Positions 37,714 through 46,627 of a DNA stretch of 64,000 nucleotides are shown one piece after another. The notes below the pieces were generated by a model, which did not search any database, had not been told where the DNA came from, and saw only the letters and a program-made list of their open reading frames with translations. The translations under genes were made by a program, and so were the position numbers. Origin of the DNA: a virus; the IMG/VR virus record IMGVR_UViG_3300007513_001104. One strand, given 5' to 3'. Positions within the stretch are counted from its first letter, which is position 1; the number at the start of each line of letters is the position of its first letter.

Positions 37714-38992
37714 CTAGTTCAGGAAAGGTTTTTATAAAATCTGTTCCCCTTCTCCTGTCATGTTCATCTACAAAGCTAACAAAATCGTTTCTTTGTACTT
37801 CTAATTCTTTTCCTTTAAATCTATTTGCTTTAATCCAATCAACTGTTCTTTTAAATTTCATTATTTCATAAGTTTGATATATATGATCGAAGTCTCGCAT
37901 AGTTTCTAAACTATTGTCTAACATACTTATAACATTATCGTCTGCAATCCTAGCAGTTAGGTGTAATGGTTCAACCATATTAGGCATATCTACTGTAATT
38001 AAATCACCATAAGTATTTTTCAATTCTGCTACTTTAAATATGAACTCATCAAAGTTAGGAATAGATAAGAAACAAAAAGTACACATGATTCCTACAGGTA
38101 TGCCTGCTGCTAAAACTCTATGTAGGTTCTGTTCAAACCTATTCATTTTTAAACCATTCCTTATATACTCTGCTTGGTCGCCCCAGCTGTCTATACTGAC
38201 ATAACATTTTTGGCCAGGCAAATCTGCAACTAACCTGATGTATTCTAAAACTCTCCTTTCAGTCACCATCAAATTTGTGCTTATTTCGAAAGATAAGTTC
38301 TCTTTAGGATGCTCTTTAACATACTCCAATAGCTTAAACGTATTATTGTCTAATAAGGGTTCTCCACCCGTCAAGCGTATAGTATTTAGGTGTGGATATG
38401 CCTCAGGCAACCACTTCCAAAACTTCTTAACGTCGGGGTTCTGTGAGGGTGCTAGAATGTCATTTCTTGTTTGATACTTATCGTGATTTGGCTTGCTTTT
38501 TAAGTCATATGTTCCATACTTGTCTAACTCCTTTTGCCATGTAGAACTCTTTCCTGCCCCACAATAACTACATGACATTTGACATTTATTAGTGAAACTA
38601 ACCGTCAAATACCTTGGCCATACATCTTCCTCAGGAGGAATTGATGCTGTTTTTGCTATTAAGTCTGGATCGTCTTTTAAAAACTGTACAGCGAGCATTT
38701 GTCTGTCGCTAAAGTTTCCTGTTTTTTCTATATTATAACAATAAGCGTCTTCTGCGGGTTTACCGCCTTCTAACATTTCTTGTCTTACTGCTTTGGTATA
38801 GGGTGTGTTGTGTAGATCGCTTTGTGAAGGGATTTTATGTTGGGGACAATGATAGCATGAATGCTTTAGTCCTTCTGCTAAACTCAATTCCAAATAATAC
38901 CACTTTAATAAACAGAATCCTGGACCTATCTCGTCCAAATCATTTTTTATTTTACTTAACCAGTATTCCTGATTATTTAATTTTCTTGCCAA
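37679..38992 (-). CDS. radical SAM protein with N-terminal Cys-rich (twitch-like) domain
   Basis: FCLLKW...HSCYHC; NKCQMSCSYC; LTGGEPLL. Confidence 0.85.
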   Translation of the reverse strand: MARKLNNQEYWLSKIKNDLDEIGPGFCLLKWYYLELSLAEGLKHSCYHCPQHKIPSQSDLHNTPYTKAVRQEMLEGGKPAEDAYCYNIEKTGNFSDRQMLAVQFLKDDPDLIAKTASIPPEEDVWPRYLTVSFTNKCQMSCSYCGAGKSSTWQKELDKYGTYDLKSKPNHDKYQTRNDILAPSQNPDVKKFWKWLPEAYPHLNTIRLTGGEPLLDNNTFKLLEYVKEHPKENLSFEISTNLMVTERRVLEYIRLVADLPGQKCYVSIDSWGDQAEYIRNGLKMNRFEQNLHRVLAAGIPVGIMCTFCFLSIPNFDEFIFKVAELKNTYGDLITVDMPNMVEPLHLTARIADDNVISMLDNSLETMRDFDHIYQTYEIMKFKRTVDWIKANRFKGKELEVQRNDFVSFVDEHDRRRGTDFIKTFPELGGFYGRIKTGN

Positions 38993-39398
38993 TGTTGTAT
39001 TTGGGGATCAATTCCCACTCACCTTTTTCTTTAAATGATATAATTTTTATCTGACTTAAAGGTGCAAATTCCTTTGGCTCTGTTATTAAAACTACTAAAT
39101 CCCAATCGGATAGTAATTTAGCTATGGTGTTTCGTCTCTCTAAGTCGTTGTCTTGGAAGTCTGCCTCCTTGCCATCTAATGCAAACAATTCTTTAAAATG
39201 TGTTATAAAGTATCTGCCTTTCTTATGTAATATATGGCACGACTGATAAAGGACTTTTTCTTTTTTCGAAGCAACACCTATTCGAGATAGGGTTTCCCTG
39301 ACTTTCAGGAAATCTTCGGGGTCCTTCAAAGAAACTTCTAAGGGTGAATACCCAGGATAGTCAATGTTGAAGTAATTGTCTTGATCACTCATTCTCAA
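38973..39398 (-). CDS. regA: translational repressor
   Basis: DFLKVRETLSRIG, LYQSCHILHKKGRYFITHFKELF, PKYNIG. Confidence 0.97.
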   Translation of the reverse strand: MRMSDQDNYFNIDYPGYSPLEVSLKDPEDFLKVRETLSRIGVASKKEKVLYQSCHILHKKGRYFITHFKELFALDGKEADFQDNDLERRNTIAKLLSDWDLVVLITEPKEFAPLSQIKIISFKEKGEWELIPKYNIGKKIK

Positions 39399-39438
39399 TA
39401 CGCCTTTCGTGTATCATATAAATTATTAGGTTACCAAT

Positions 39439-39446
39439 TATTTATA
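39439..39446 (-). promoter_or_regulatory. T4 late promoter TATAAATA
   Basis: Exact consensus upstream of regA. Confidence 0.65.
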
Positions 39447-39906
39447 CTTTACCGCCTTTAGACGTATTAAGGTATAGTTTTATAACATCAATATCAGTGT
39501 CTGATAAAAGTCTTAAAGCTTCTTTTGCTTTATTAAAACTATATCCAAAAAAGCGCTGTATCGCGTCAATGTTCTCCTCTTCAGATTTTAACCACTTATT
39601 ATATCTTTTTGCTTTTCGTACTACTTCTCTTAAGAAATCGTACTGCAATTTTTTATCTAGATGAGATCTAGAATTCATTTCATTGCCTGCAATAACTGTA
39701 TCAGGCCCCATTCCCATAGCTCTATTTACAATAAAAGCATTATATTCATTCTCAGTTCTCTCATCAACTATTAAATCTTCTTTACTAAAATTAATGGAAT
39801 TCACAAAGTCAAAAGGAGAAATCTTCTTCAATTTCTCCTGGAATTGATCTTCAACGATCTCCTCTACGGGATCGCCAAACCCTTCTAATATTGCTTTATC
39901 AACCAT
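39442..39906 (-). CDS. gp62: clamp loader small subunit
   Basis: PFDFVNSIN, YNAFIVNR, LQYDFL, GYS..KA; located between gp44 and regA. Confidence 0.9.
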   Translation of the reverse strand: MVDKAILEGFGDPVEEIVEDQFQEKLKKISPFDFVNSINFSKEDLIVDERTENEYNAFIVNRAMGMGPDTVIAGNEMNSRSHLDKKLQYDFLREVVRKAKRYNKWLKSEEENIDAIQRFFGYSFNKAKEALRLLSDTDIDVIKLYLNTSKGGKV

Positions 39907-39980
39907 ACTACTAATTTATAAGTGAAATAAGCTAATCCACCTATAAAAAACCAAATTGTAAAATTATAAAAAAATTCCAT
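39885..39980 (-). CDS. 31-aa single-TM peptide (not in ORF track)
   Basis: MEFFYNFTIWFFIGGLAYFTYKLVVWLIKQY; TAATG-coupled. Confidence 0.45.
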   Translation of the reverse strand: MEFFYNFTIWFFIGGLAYFTYKLVVWLIKQY

Positions 39981-40159
39981 TAATCAAATAAAGTTTCTGC
40001 TCTACAGACATTATTCCTTCTGCAAATTTCTAAATTGTGTTGAAATACTACTGGCTCAACCCACTCAAAACGGGGCATACCTTCTTCGTACCAATAAGGA
40101 ACATAATCTGTCGTACTACACCCTACTAGGAATGTTATCATTAGCAAATATCTAGTCAT
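39980..40159 (-). CDS. 59-aa lipoprotein (not in ORF track)
   Basis: MTRYLLMITFLVG/CSTT lipobox plus two further Cys. Confidence 0.65.
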   Translation of the reverse strand: MTRYLLMITFLVGCSTTDYVPYWYEEGMPRFEWVEPVVFQHNLEICRRNNVCRAETLFD

Positions 40160-40177
40160 TTTGTTTCTCTCTTTCCT

Positions 40178-40351
40178 CTAATTAAATCCAAAATCATTCT
40201 CTTTACTCTCTCTGTAACTTTCGAGCAAAAGCTCTGTTATAGAAATTTTACGTTTTTTGGCTTCTGCCTTTAATTCCTTTTTTAACTCCTCAGGAACACG
40301 AATGTCTATTCTGGCAGTTGCCTTTCCTGCTTCATTATAATCTTTTGTCAT
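40178..40351 (-). CDS. ribbon-helix-helix DNA-binding protein
   Basis: ARIDIRVPEELKKELKAEAKKRKISITELL. Confidence 0.75.
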   Translation of the reverse strand: MTKDYNEAGKATARIDIRVPEELKKELKAEAKKRKISITELLLESYRESKENDFGFN

Positions 40352-41292
40352 GCAAACTCCACATTTGCCATAATTTCTGTCAAACATGCAGTAAGGTTAA
40401 TTTCCTGATCTGCCACAAATGCCGCTTTATACTGATAATCGGCTATTAACAGAACTAGCTGTGGAATTGACTTAATCTCAGGTAATAGAATATCATATAT
40501 CTGTCTAAATATACCCTGAGGGTCAGTATCCACATTATTGGCTACCCACTGCCTCATCTTCTTCCAATTCTTCTCCCTTAGGCTCTCTATGAGCTGCTTA
40601 GCGTTGATTTCTTGGAAGTTACTTAATACACCCTCATCTATTTTTCCTGCTACGGAGTACCTTTGTAGCTCATTTATGACCCTTCTATAGTCAGGAAAAT
40701 ACTTCATTAGGAGCTCCGCTAACACTTTCTCAGAGTAGTCTATTCCTTCATTACTAAGGATATACTGCATCCTTTGTAAGAACTTAGCAGCGAGCTGAGG
40801 ACGATCTGAGGGTGCTATCTTAAAGTCCACTACCGTTGTTCTACTATGTAACGGTGTTATAATCCTATTTATATAGTTACAAGTAAATATGAACCTACAA
40901 TTCGACGAAAACGTTTCTATAAACGCCCGTAATGCTGGTTGAACACTCTCTCTGTTCAAATAGTCAGCCTCATCAAGTATAACTACCTTGGTTTTACCCT
41001 CAAAGGATACTGCTGATGCAAAGTTGCGTATCTTAGTTCTAAGTGTATCTATTTGTCTACCCTCATCACTACCATTAATAATAATGTAGTCACATCCTAG
41101 TTCTTCACATAATGCACGCGCGAGGGTTGTTTTGCCTGTACCTGCTGATCCAGACAATAGTAAGTTAGGTATCTCCTTTTTAGTAATAAACTGCTGAAAT
41201 GTAGTTTTTACTTCATCAGGCAATATACAGTCCTCTATACTATGTGGACGATATTTTTCTACCCATAAAAATTGTTGTGGTTCCATATTCAT
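40348..41292 (-). CDS. gp44: clamp loader large subunit
   Basis: LWVEKYRP, GSAGTGKTT, DEAD, SR, PDYRR. Confidence 0.97.
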   Translation of the reverse strand: MNMEPQQFLWVEKYRPHSIEDCILPDEVKTTFQQFITKKEIPNLLLSGSAGTGKTTLARALCEELGCDYIIINGSDEGRQIDTLRTKIRNFASAVSFEGKTKVVILDEADYLNRESVQPALRAFIETFSSNCRFIFTCNYINRIITPLHSRTTVVDFKIAPSDRPQLAAKFLQRMQYILSNEGIDYSEKVLAELLMKYFPDYRRVINELQRYSVAGKIDEGVLSNFQEINAKQLIESLREKNWKKMRQWVANNVDTDPQGIFRQIYDILLPEIKSIPQLVLLIADYQYKAAFVADQEINLTACLTEIMANVEFA

Positions 41293-41351
41293 TTTATCAG
41301 AAACTTTTTTTGCTCCAAAATATCTTCGATTTTTTTCCGTCGAAAAAAGGT

Positions 41352-41972
41352 CTAGCCAAATTTCTCCTTTACAGAAGTCGAATCTGAAAAGTTCAACTCT
41401 ATATTAGTACCGACACTATCATACTCGTCAGACATTACTGCTACTTCTGTAGCTGCCTCTTGTACATGTTGCATTACATTTTCAGGTGTACTTATGTCGT
41501 AAGGATCGTCTTCAGCATTGTCTTGGAAACCTTCTTCAACAAATGACTTAACTATTGTTCCGTCAGTTACTATTGCTGCATATCTCCAGGACCTCATTCC
41601 AAATCCTAAATTATCTTTTCGGACATCCATGCCCATCTTAATTGTAAACTCACCACTACCATCAGGTATCAGTTTAACATTTACAATTTCCTGTTTCTCT
41701 TTCCACTCTTCCATAACGAATGTATCATTAACACTAACACAATAGATATCATCTATGCCTAGTTCTCTAAACTCAGAATATAGCTCTTCAAATCCAGGAA
41801 GTTGTTGTCCTGAACATGTAGGAGTAAATGCTCCTGGCAAACCAAAAACTATTACTGTCTTATCTTTAAACAGATCATCTGTTGTTAATGTAGTCCATTT
41901 AAAACCCTCTGTTGCGTGGGTTATTCTTCTATGGAATGTTGCTTGTGGAATTTCTTCTGGCAATCTACTCAT
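41352..41972 (-). CDS. peroxiredoxin (Prx5-type)
   Basis: GLPGAFTPTCS, SVND.FVM, GMRSWRY. Confidence 0.92.
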   Translation of the reverse strand: MSRLPEEIPQATFHRRITHATEGFKWTTLTTDDLFKDKTVIVFGLPGAFTPTCSGQQLPGFEELYSEFRELGIDDIYCVSVNDTFVMEEWKEKQEIVNVKLIPDGSGEFTIKMGMDVRKDNLGFGMRSWRYAAIVTDGTIVKSFVEEGFQDNAEDDPYDISTPENVMQHVQEAATEVAVMSDEYDSVGTNIELNFSDSTSVKEKFG

Positions 41973-42151
41973 TTATCCATCTCCGATTGATTAAATATAT
42001 CTAAATCACCCTTCATTACTTTCCTAACAAGTGATATTGCTGGATTTGGACGAGTAAATATATACTCTATGGTTTCCCCAAATTTGTTGAACTCAACAAT
42101 CCAACCATTTGTGGCCTCTCTTAGAGTTACCTCTAAATTTTCTTCGTTCAT
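41969..42151 (-). CDS. hypothetical protein
   Basis: GGAG RBS; coupled to the Prx gene. Confidence 0.55.
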   Translation of the reverse strand: MNEENLEVTLREATNGWIVEFNKFGETIEYIFTRPNPAISLVRKVMKGDLDIFNQSEMDK

Positions 42152-42159
42152 AAAAACTC

Positions 42160-42816
42160 CTATATATTTGAAGAACGTTCTAAAGCTAGCCAGTATTTCA
42201 AATCACCTTTACTGCTTTCTAAGAACATAAATTTCTTCTGTGAAAGTGTGACGCTATAACTTCCAGGTATAACCTTAAAGTTTTCTATTGCTAGTCTAGC
42301 ATCAAACGTTTTGTCAGTTGTTCCTATTGTTTGCCTAAAGCTATTAGATTTAGGTGTACTAGGATCACTAACTGTTACTACAACATCACTACCGTTGCCA
42401 ATTATACTTAACATAGGAGCTGCTGTTATAGCTGCTGCTTTTAAGATCATATCAACATCATCTTTAGTGAAGTCAAACTGGAAGAAGTTATCTACTTCAA
42501 TACTTTTATCAGGTGCACTAACTATAATGTTAGGGTCTGCATAGTAGTATTCAAAAACAGATGTGCCTTTGCTAACTTTTAAACTTTCGTCTTGAAAGTC
42601 AACATCAGTATCTTCCATTAGTGTTAATAGTGAAAGCAAACTATTTAAATCATAGATTGCAAATTCTTTTGGAAAACTCTCGCTAATCTCAGCTTTAGCA
42701 AAAATGTTTTTGCCTGTGCTAATTGTGGCTAAAGAGTTTCCTTGACGAACAAGAATGTTCGTATTAATTGTCGCAAAGTTCTTGAGTACATCAAGAGTCC
42801 CTGTGCTTATTTTCAT
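42160..42816 (-). CDS. gp45: sliding clamp
   Basis: LKNFATIN, FAIYDLN, YW.ALE; synteny. Confidence 0.93.
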   Translation of the reverse strand: MKISTGTLDVLKNFATINTNILVRQGNSLATISTGKNIFAKAEISESFPKEFAIYDLNSLLSLLTLMEDTDVDFQDESLKVSKGTSVFEYYYADPNIIVSAPDKSIEVDNFFQFDFTKDDVDMILKAAAITAAPMLSIIGNGSDVVVTVSDPSTPKSNSFRQTIGTTDKTFDARLAIENFKVIPGSYSVTLSQKKFMFLESSKGDLKYWLALERSSNI

Positions 42817-42854
42817 AATATATTACTCCAAAGATTTATTCTTATATACTGCTT

Positions 42855-42883
42855 ATTATAGACTCTATCCAAGTGAGAGTCAA
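42855..42883 (-). promoter_or_regulatory. sigma70-type promoter with perfect internal dyad
   Basis: TTGACT-ctcacttggatagagtc-TATAAT, containing GACTCT-N9-AGAGTC. Confidence 0.8.
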
Positions 42884-43842
42884 TAGTTAAGAGTACCAAA
42901 ACCATCTAATTCAAACTCAATTTTATATGCTAAGTCTTGATGGCATTTAACTCCTGGATGCAACAAATCTCTTCCTACATCATCTAAGCCCAACCCAGGT
43001 GGTGGCTCTTTTTCTTGCATAGGTTTTAATATTGTTTCACTCATTACTTGTAGAGCCTCTTCAGGATCTGCTGGTAATGTAACACCAACTCCAGGTATGT
43101 GTTGGTGTATTAAAGTTAGGTCGTCTGCATAATTATATGTAGATTCTTTTGACATGTCTGCTGGGTCGTCAGACGTTCCGTTAATCCATAGTATAGGTAT
43201 GTTCCAATTCTCTCCTAGTCTAATTATGGTTTTCATCATTATCATATGTTGCCATTTTGCTACGCCCAAAGATTGATATAAAAAGAGTAGTTCTTTCTCT
43301 TTACTGTCTGGTTTGAGTGCCGCTGGTATATAATCTATATTCTTTACACTAACCGGAACATCTGGAATGCCTACAGAAATGCCTGTAGAATTTTGTGAAC
43401 CAATTAATACCATATGTTTAGGCGGTGTTTTCCAATACTTACTTAGTTGTAAAAGGTTAAAGGGTAAGTTCTCTAGTCTACCACCATAAGTAGATGCATT
43501 ATAGAAAGGAATGCCCATTCTTTCTTCTAAAATTTTGTGATATAAATCTCTGTTATGTAGTCCAGGACCTACACCAATGCATTCTGTAGAACATAAGACC
43601 CAATCACCGTCCAAATCTGCCACTTCATGATCGGATCTGAAACCCAGAGAGTCAAATTTATAAGTAATGGGATCACTCTCGTTGTCATAATATTTCCACG
43701 TAGGTCCATACTTTTCTCTCGCTTTATTAAACCAGTCCCATGATTCATGTAACAACCACTTATATTCTTCTTTGGGATCTGCTTGGTAAGATATTAAACC
43801 GTGTTTTCCTAGGGTTATTTTTTGTAGTGGAACATTATTCAT
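42880..43842 (-). CDS. SGNH-hydrolase-like protein
   Basis: YKFDSLGFRSD, YNAS..GG, RDLLHPG..CH; same family pattern as 15397..16266. Confidence 0.5.
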   Translation of the reverse strand: MNNVPLQKITLGKHGLISYQADPKEEYKWLLHESWDWFNKAREKYGPTWKYYDNESDPITYKFDSLGFRSDHEVADLDGDWVLCSTECIGVGPGLHNRDLYHKILEERMGIPFYNASTYGGRLENLPFNLLQLSKYWKTPPKHMVLIGSQNSTGISVGIPDVPVSVKNIDYIPAALKPDSKEKELLFLYQSLGVAKWQHMIMMKTIIRLGENWNIPILWINGTSDDPADMSKESTYNYADDLTLIHQHIPGVGVTLPADPEEALQVMSETILKPMQEKEPPPGLGLDDVGRDLLHPGVKCHQDLAYKIEFELDGFGTLNY

Positions 43843-44599
43843 TCTTGAATTCAGGGGGCCTCTTTTCTATAAATGAGGCTATGCCTTCTTCTATATCTTT
43901 TGACTCTAGACACATGTCCTTAGCCCAAAGAGCAAAGTCAATGGCTTCATCCATATTAGAGTTTACTGTATGCCATACTGCTCCCTTAGTCCCCCTCACA
44001 GCTATTGGTCCACACTCTGTGGCTATACGATGTGCAAAGGCTAAAGCTCTCTCATCAACGTCTCCATGGCATACCATATTACATAGTCCTACTCTCTCCA
44101 ACCACCAAACATCATGCTCGTCACCTGGCATCATAAAAGAAATAGCTCTATTAGAACCTATTCTTTGTGTCAATTTAACTTGCATAGTAACAGCATTGAA
44201 ACCTAATTTAGTTTCAGGACACATGAATCTGCTAGTCTCATCTGCGAAAACAAAATCACTAGCTAACATCAATCCAAAACCCTCTCCTATACACCAGCCT
44301 TTAATTGCTGATATAATTGGTTTAGGTGTTACCATATCGTTATCTGATAATAGAAAACCCCAACCCTCTTTTAGTCCTTGATGTATTGTCTTAACATCAA
44401 AACCTGCTGTAAAATGGTTGGGATTGCCGGATCGTATGACAAGAACCCTAGCTTCATCGTCATCTCTGAACTGAACTAGGGCGTCATTGTATCCTGCGTA
44501 AAAGGGTTTGTCTAAGATATTTAAAGGACCGACACCGTTTATTGTTAAAACGGCGACGTGGTCGTTTAAATCGTAAGTGATTCTCTCACCAAATTCCAT
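43835..44599 (-). CDS. enoyl-CoA hydratase/isomerase (crotonase) family protein
   Basis: HFTAGFD oxyanion loop, KPIISAIKGWCIG.G, F.CPETKLG, EGIASFIEKRPP.F. Confidence 0.9.
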   Translation of the reverse strand: MEFGERITYDLNDHVAVLTINGVGPLNILDKPFYAGYNDALVQFRDDDEARVLVIRSGNPNHFTAGFDVKTIHQGLKEGWGFLLSDNDMVTPKPIISAIKGWCIGEGFGLMLASDFVFADETSRFMCPETKLGFNAVTMQVKLTQRIGSNRAISFMMPGDEHDVWWLERVGLCNMVCHGDVDERALAFAHRIATECGPIAVRGTKGAVWHTVNSNMDEAIDFALWAKDMCLESKDIEEGIASFIEKRPPEFKNE

Positions 44600-44616
44600 A
44601 ATATAAACTCCAAAAA

Positions 44617-44949
44617 TTAGAAGCTAGCGAATGTATTGCCTTCACTATCGTTTATCAATACTGTGATTCCTGCTGCTTCGCATGCTGACTTAACTGCTGC
44701 ACGCGAGGCCGCTTCATCAGGAAGTGTTTCTAAATCTGCGTTTAGCTCATCAAAAGTTGCTTTGTCTGTTGCTTCAGCCTCTATTGTAAGCACTAACTCA
44801 GCTTCATCCCAAGTGTAAGTCTTAGTCACGCCTGCTTCTGCATATTTAGTTCTCCAAACCGTATCGTGATCTGGATGTGAGTCAGCAATCTTAGGTAGTT
44901 CCACGCCTGTATTAGGCCTTGTCATTGTTACTGTTCTTGTGTACGCCAT
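44617..44949 (-). CDS. late-expressed hypothetical protein
   Basis: GGAG RBS; TATAAATA at 44980-44987. Confidence 0.7.
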   Translation of the reverse strand: MAYTRTVTMTRPNTGVELPKIADSHPDHDTVWRTKYAEAGVTKTYTWDEAELVLTIEAEATDKATFDELNADLETLPDEAASRAAVKSACEAAGITVLINDSEGNTFASF

Positions 44950-44979
44950 TTATGTCTCCAAAATTGTAAAATATACTCT

Positions 44980-44987
44980 TATTTATA
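44980..44987 (-). promoter_or_regulatory. T4 late promoter TATAAATA
   Basis: Exact consensus directly after a terminator. Confidence 0.75.
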
Positions 44988-45011
44988 AAGAAACGGCCTG
45001 CTAAGCAGGCC
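44988..45011 (-). terminator. intrinsic terminator
   Basis: GGCCTGC-TTA-GCAGGCC followed by GTTTCTTT. Confidence 0.7.
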
Positions 45012-45028
45012 TGATTGGTTGAATAAAT

Positions 45029-45382
45029 TTAATAACCTTGATCTTGTGGATAATCTTCTGCAAATATATCGCTAGCTACATGCTTTTCATCATGTACATA
45101 TAAAGCAATAAGAGCATAATGTAAGACCTTTAGTAAGTCTTTCCTTGCATCTACAATTGATCCTTTCTTTCCATATCTTTGTGCATACTTTAAGATATTT
45201 CCTATACAAAATCCTAATCCATGTCCTCCATCAACGATAAATTCAGTTGCCTGAAACTTATCTGAGGAGTAATGTCCGTTGCCATATGTTGCATCGATAT
45301 AACGACGGAGCTCGTCTATGAGCTCCCCTTCGTTAAACTTATAATTAGGACTATTCGTCGTCTTCGATTTCAAAGTCTTCAT
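45029..45382 (-). CDS. DUF3310-like protein
   Basis: HY...QATEFI...G.GFCIGNILKYAQRYGKK...DLLKVLHY. Confidence 0.75.
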   Translation of the reverse strand: MKTLKSKTTNSPNYKFNEGELIDELRRYIDATYGNGHYSSDKFQATEFIVDGGHGLGFCIGNILKYAQRYGKKGSIVDARKDLLKVLHYALIALYVHDEKHVASDIFAEDYPQDQGY

Positions 45383-46544
45383 GTATCTCCTGTTCTTTAG
45401 TTGTATCCTCAGCAAGTTCTACTGTTGGATCAACCTTAGTGTACAAATCGATGAATGCTTCTTTAGTATCATCATCAAATCTATTAACACAAAGTTGAAC
45501 TGCTTTCTTTTTGTCTCCAAAAACTGCAAAAGCGTTAACGATGTGTTCCAATCTACGAGTTGAAATTAGCTCATCAATAGCTCCTTCGTAGTAAGTTTTT
45601 CTTATTACGTCGGACCAAGTAACTAAGTGAGTTGCAAAACCTTCGTCTACATTATTCACTCTTTCCATTTTCTTGAGAACTATTTTCTTCTCCGTAGCCA
45701 TTGTAGGGTACTCCTGCTCCACGGTAATTGCAAACCTTTCTAGGAATGCTTCGTCGAGTATGTTGGCACTTATGAACTTGCCATCATCTGATCCTCGACC
45801 TTTAGTATTGGCTGTTGCCACTATATTAAAGCCTGGAGCAGGAGTTACGGTTTCGCCTGTCTTCTTGTTGAAATAAGGCTTCCCCTCAAGGATGGCTTGT
45901 AAGCACATCAACTTGTTTGAACCCCTATCGATTTCATCAAGGATAAGAACGGCGCCACGCTTCATAGCGGTGAGGACTGGGCCTTCTCTGTACACGACGT
46001 TACCGTCAACTAGAGTATTGCCACCAATTAAATCATCCTCATCAGTTTCAATACTTATGTTTACTCGTATGGCTTCTCTTTTAAGAGCTGCACATACTTG
46101 TTCTGCCATTGTGGTTTTACCATTACCTGATAACCCACTAATGAATATTGGATAAAACAAGTTGCCTTGTAATACCTTTTTCAAATCTCTGTAAAAACCA
46201 AACGGTACGAATGTTTTATCTTTTCCAGGAATCAGGTCTTCAACTTCAACTTTAAGTTTAGCTTGGACAAGCTCTGCTGGGAGCTGTGTTTCAACTACTT
46301 CAAGTGGAACTCTAGGAGCTGCTACTGGAGCTGTTTGAACATTCAAACCTGAGCCTTGAAACATGGGTGCTAAATTATAAACACCTCTGTCTACTTTAAA
46401 GGTTGGTTTGTTAATGAGCCAGGCTGGAAATCCTAAACCGATTTCAGTGGCTGTCTCTATGATTTGTTTACGGGTAAAAACACTTGTGCCATTGTCTTTG
46501 GCTTCTAGTGCCTCCTGTAATCTTTCTCTATCAACTTGTTTCAT
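45351..46544 (-). CDS. CobS/MoxR-like AAA+ ATPase
   Basis: GLSGNGKT, ETDEDDLIGG, LDEID, TANTKG.G, AFLERF, ISTRRL. Confidence 0.88.
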   Translation of the reverse strand: MKQVDRERLQEALEAKDNGTSVFTRKQIIETATEIGLGFPAWLINKPTFKVDRGVYNLAPMFQGSGLNVQTAPVAAPRVPLEVVETQLPAELVQAKLKVEVEDLIPGKDKTFVPFGFYRDLKKVLQGNLFYPIFISGLSGNGKTTMAEQVCAALKREAIRVNISIETDEDDLIGGNTLVDGNVVYREGPVLTAMKRGAVLILDEIDRGSNKLMCLQAILEGKPYFNKKTGETVTPAPGFNIVATANTKGRGSDDGKFISANILDEAFLERFAITVEQEYPTMATEKKIVLKKMERVNNVDEGFATHLVTWSDVIRKTYYEGAIDELISTRRLEHIVNAFAVFGDKKKAVQLCVNRFDDDTKEAFIDLYTKVDPTVELAEDTTKEQEIHEDFEIEDDE

Positions 46545-46580
46545 ATTAAAATCCTCACAATTTTTTATTTAATATACCGT

Positions 46581-46610
46581 TATTATGCACTCTCGTGAAC
46601 CAAGAGTCAA
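46581..46610 (-). promoter_or_regulatory. sigma70-type promoter; exact 30-bp copy of 49151..49180
   Basis: TTGACT-cttggttcacgagagtg-CATAAT. Confidence 0.8.
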
Positions 46611-46627
46611 CCTTTTTTTCAAAAGAT

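Noticed and set aside
41293-41351. Alternating A/T tracts and a weak TTTTTTC/GAAAAAA hairpin upstream of gp44
   Set aside because: Too short and AT-only to separate from background, so it is not called a terminator or origin.
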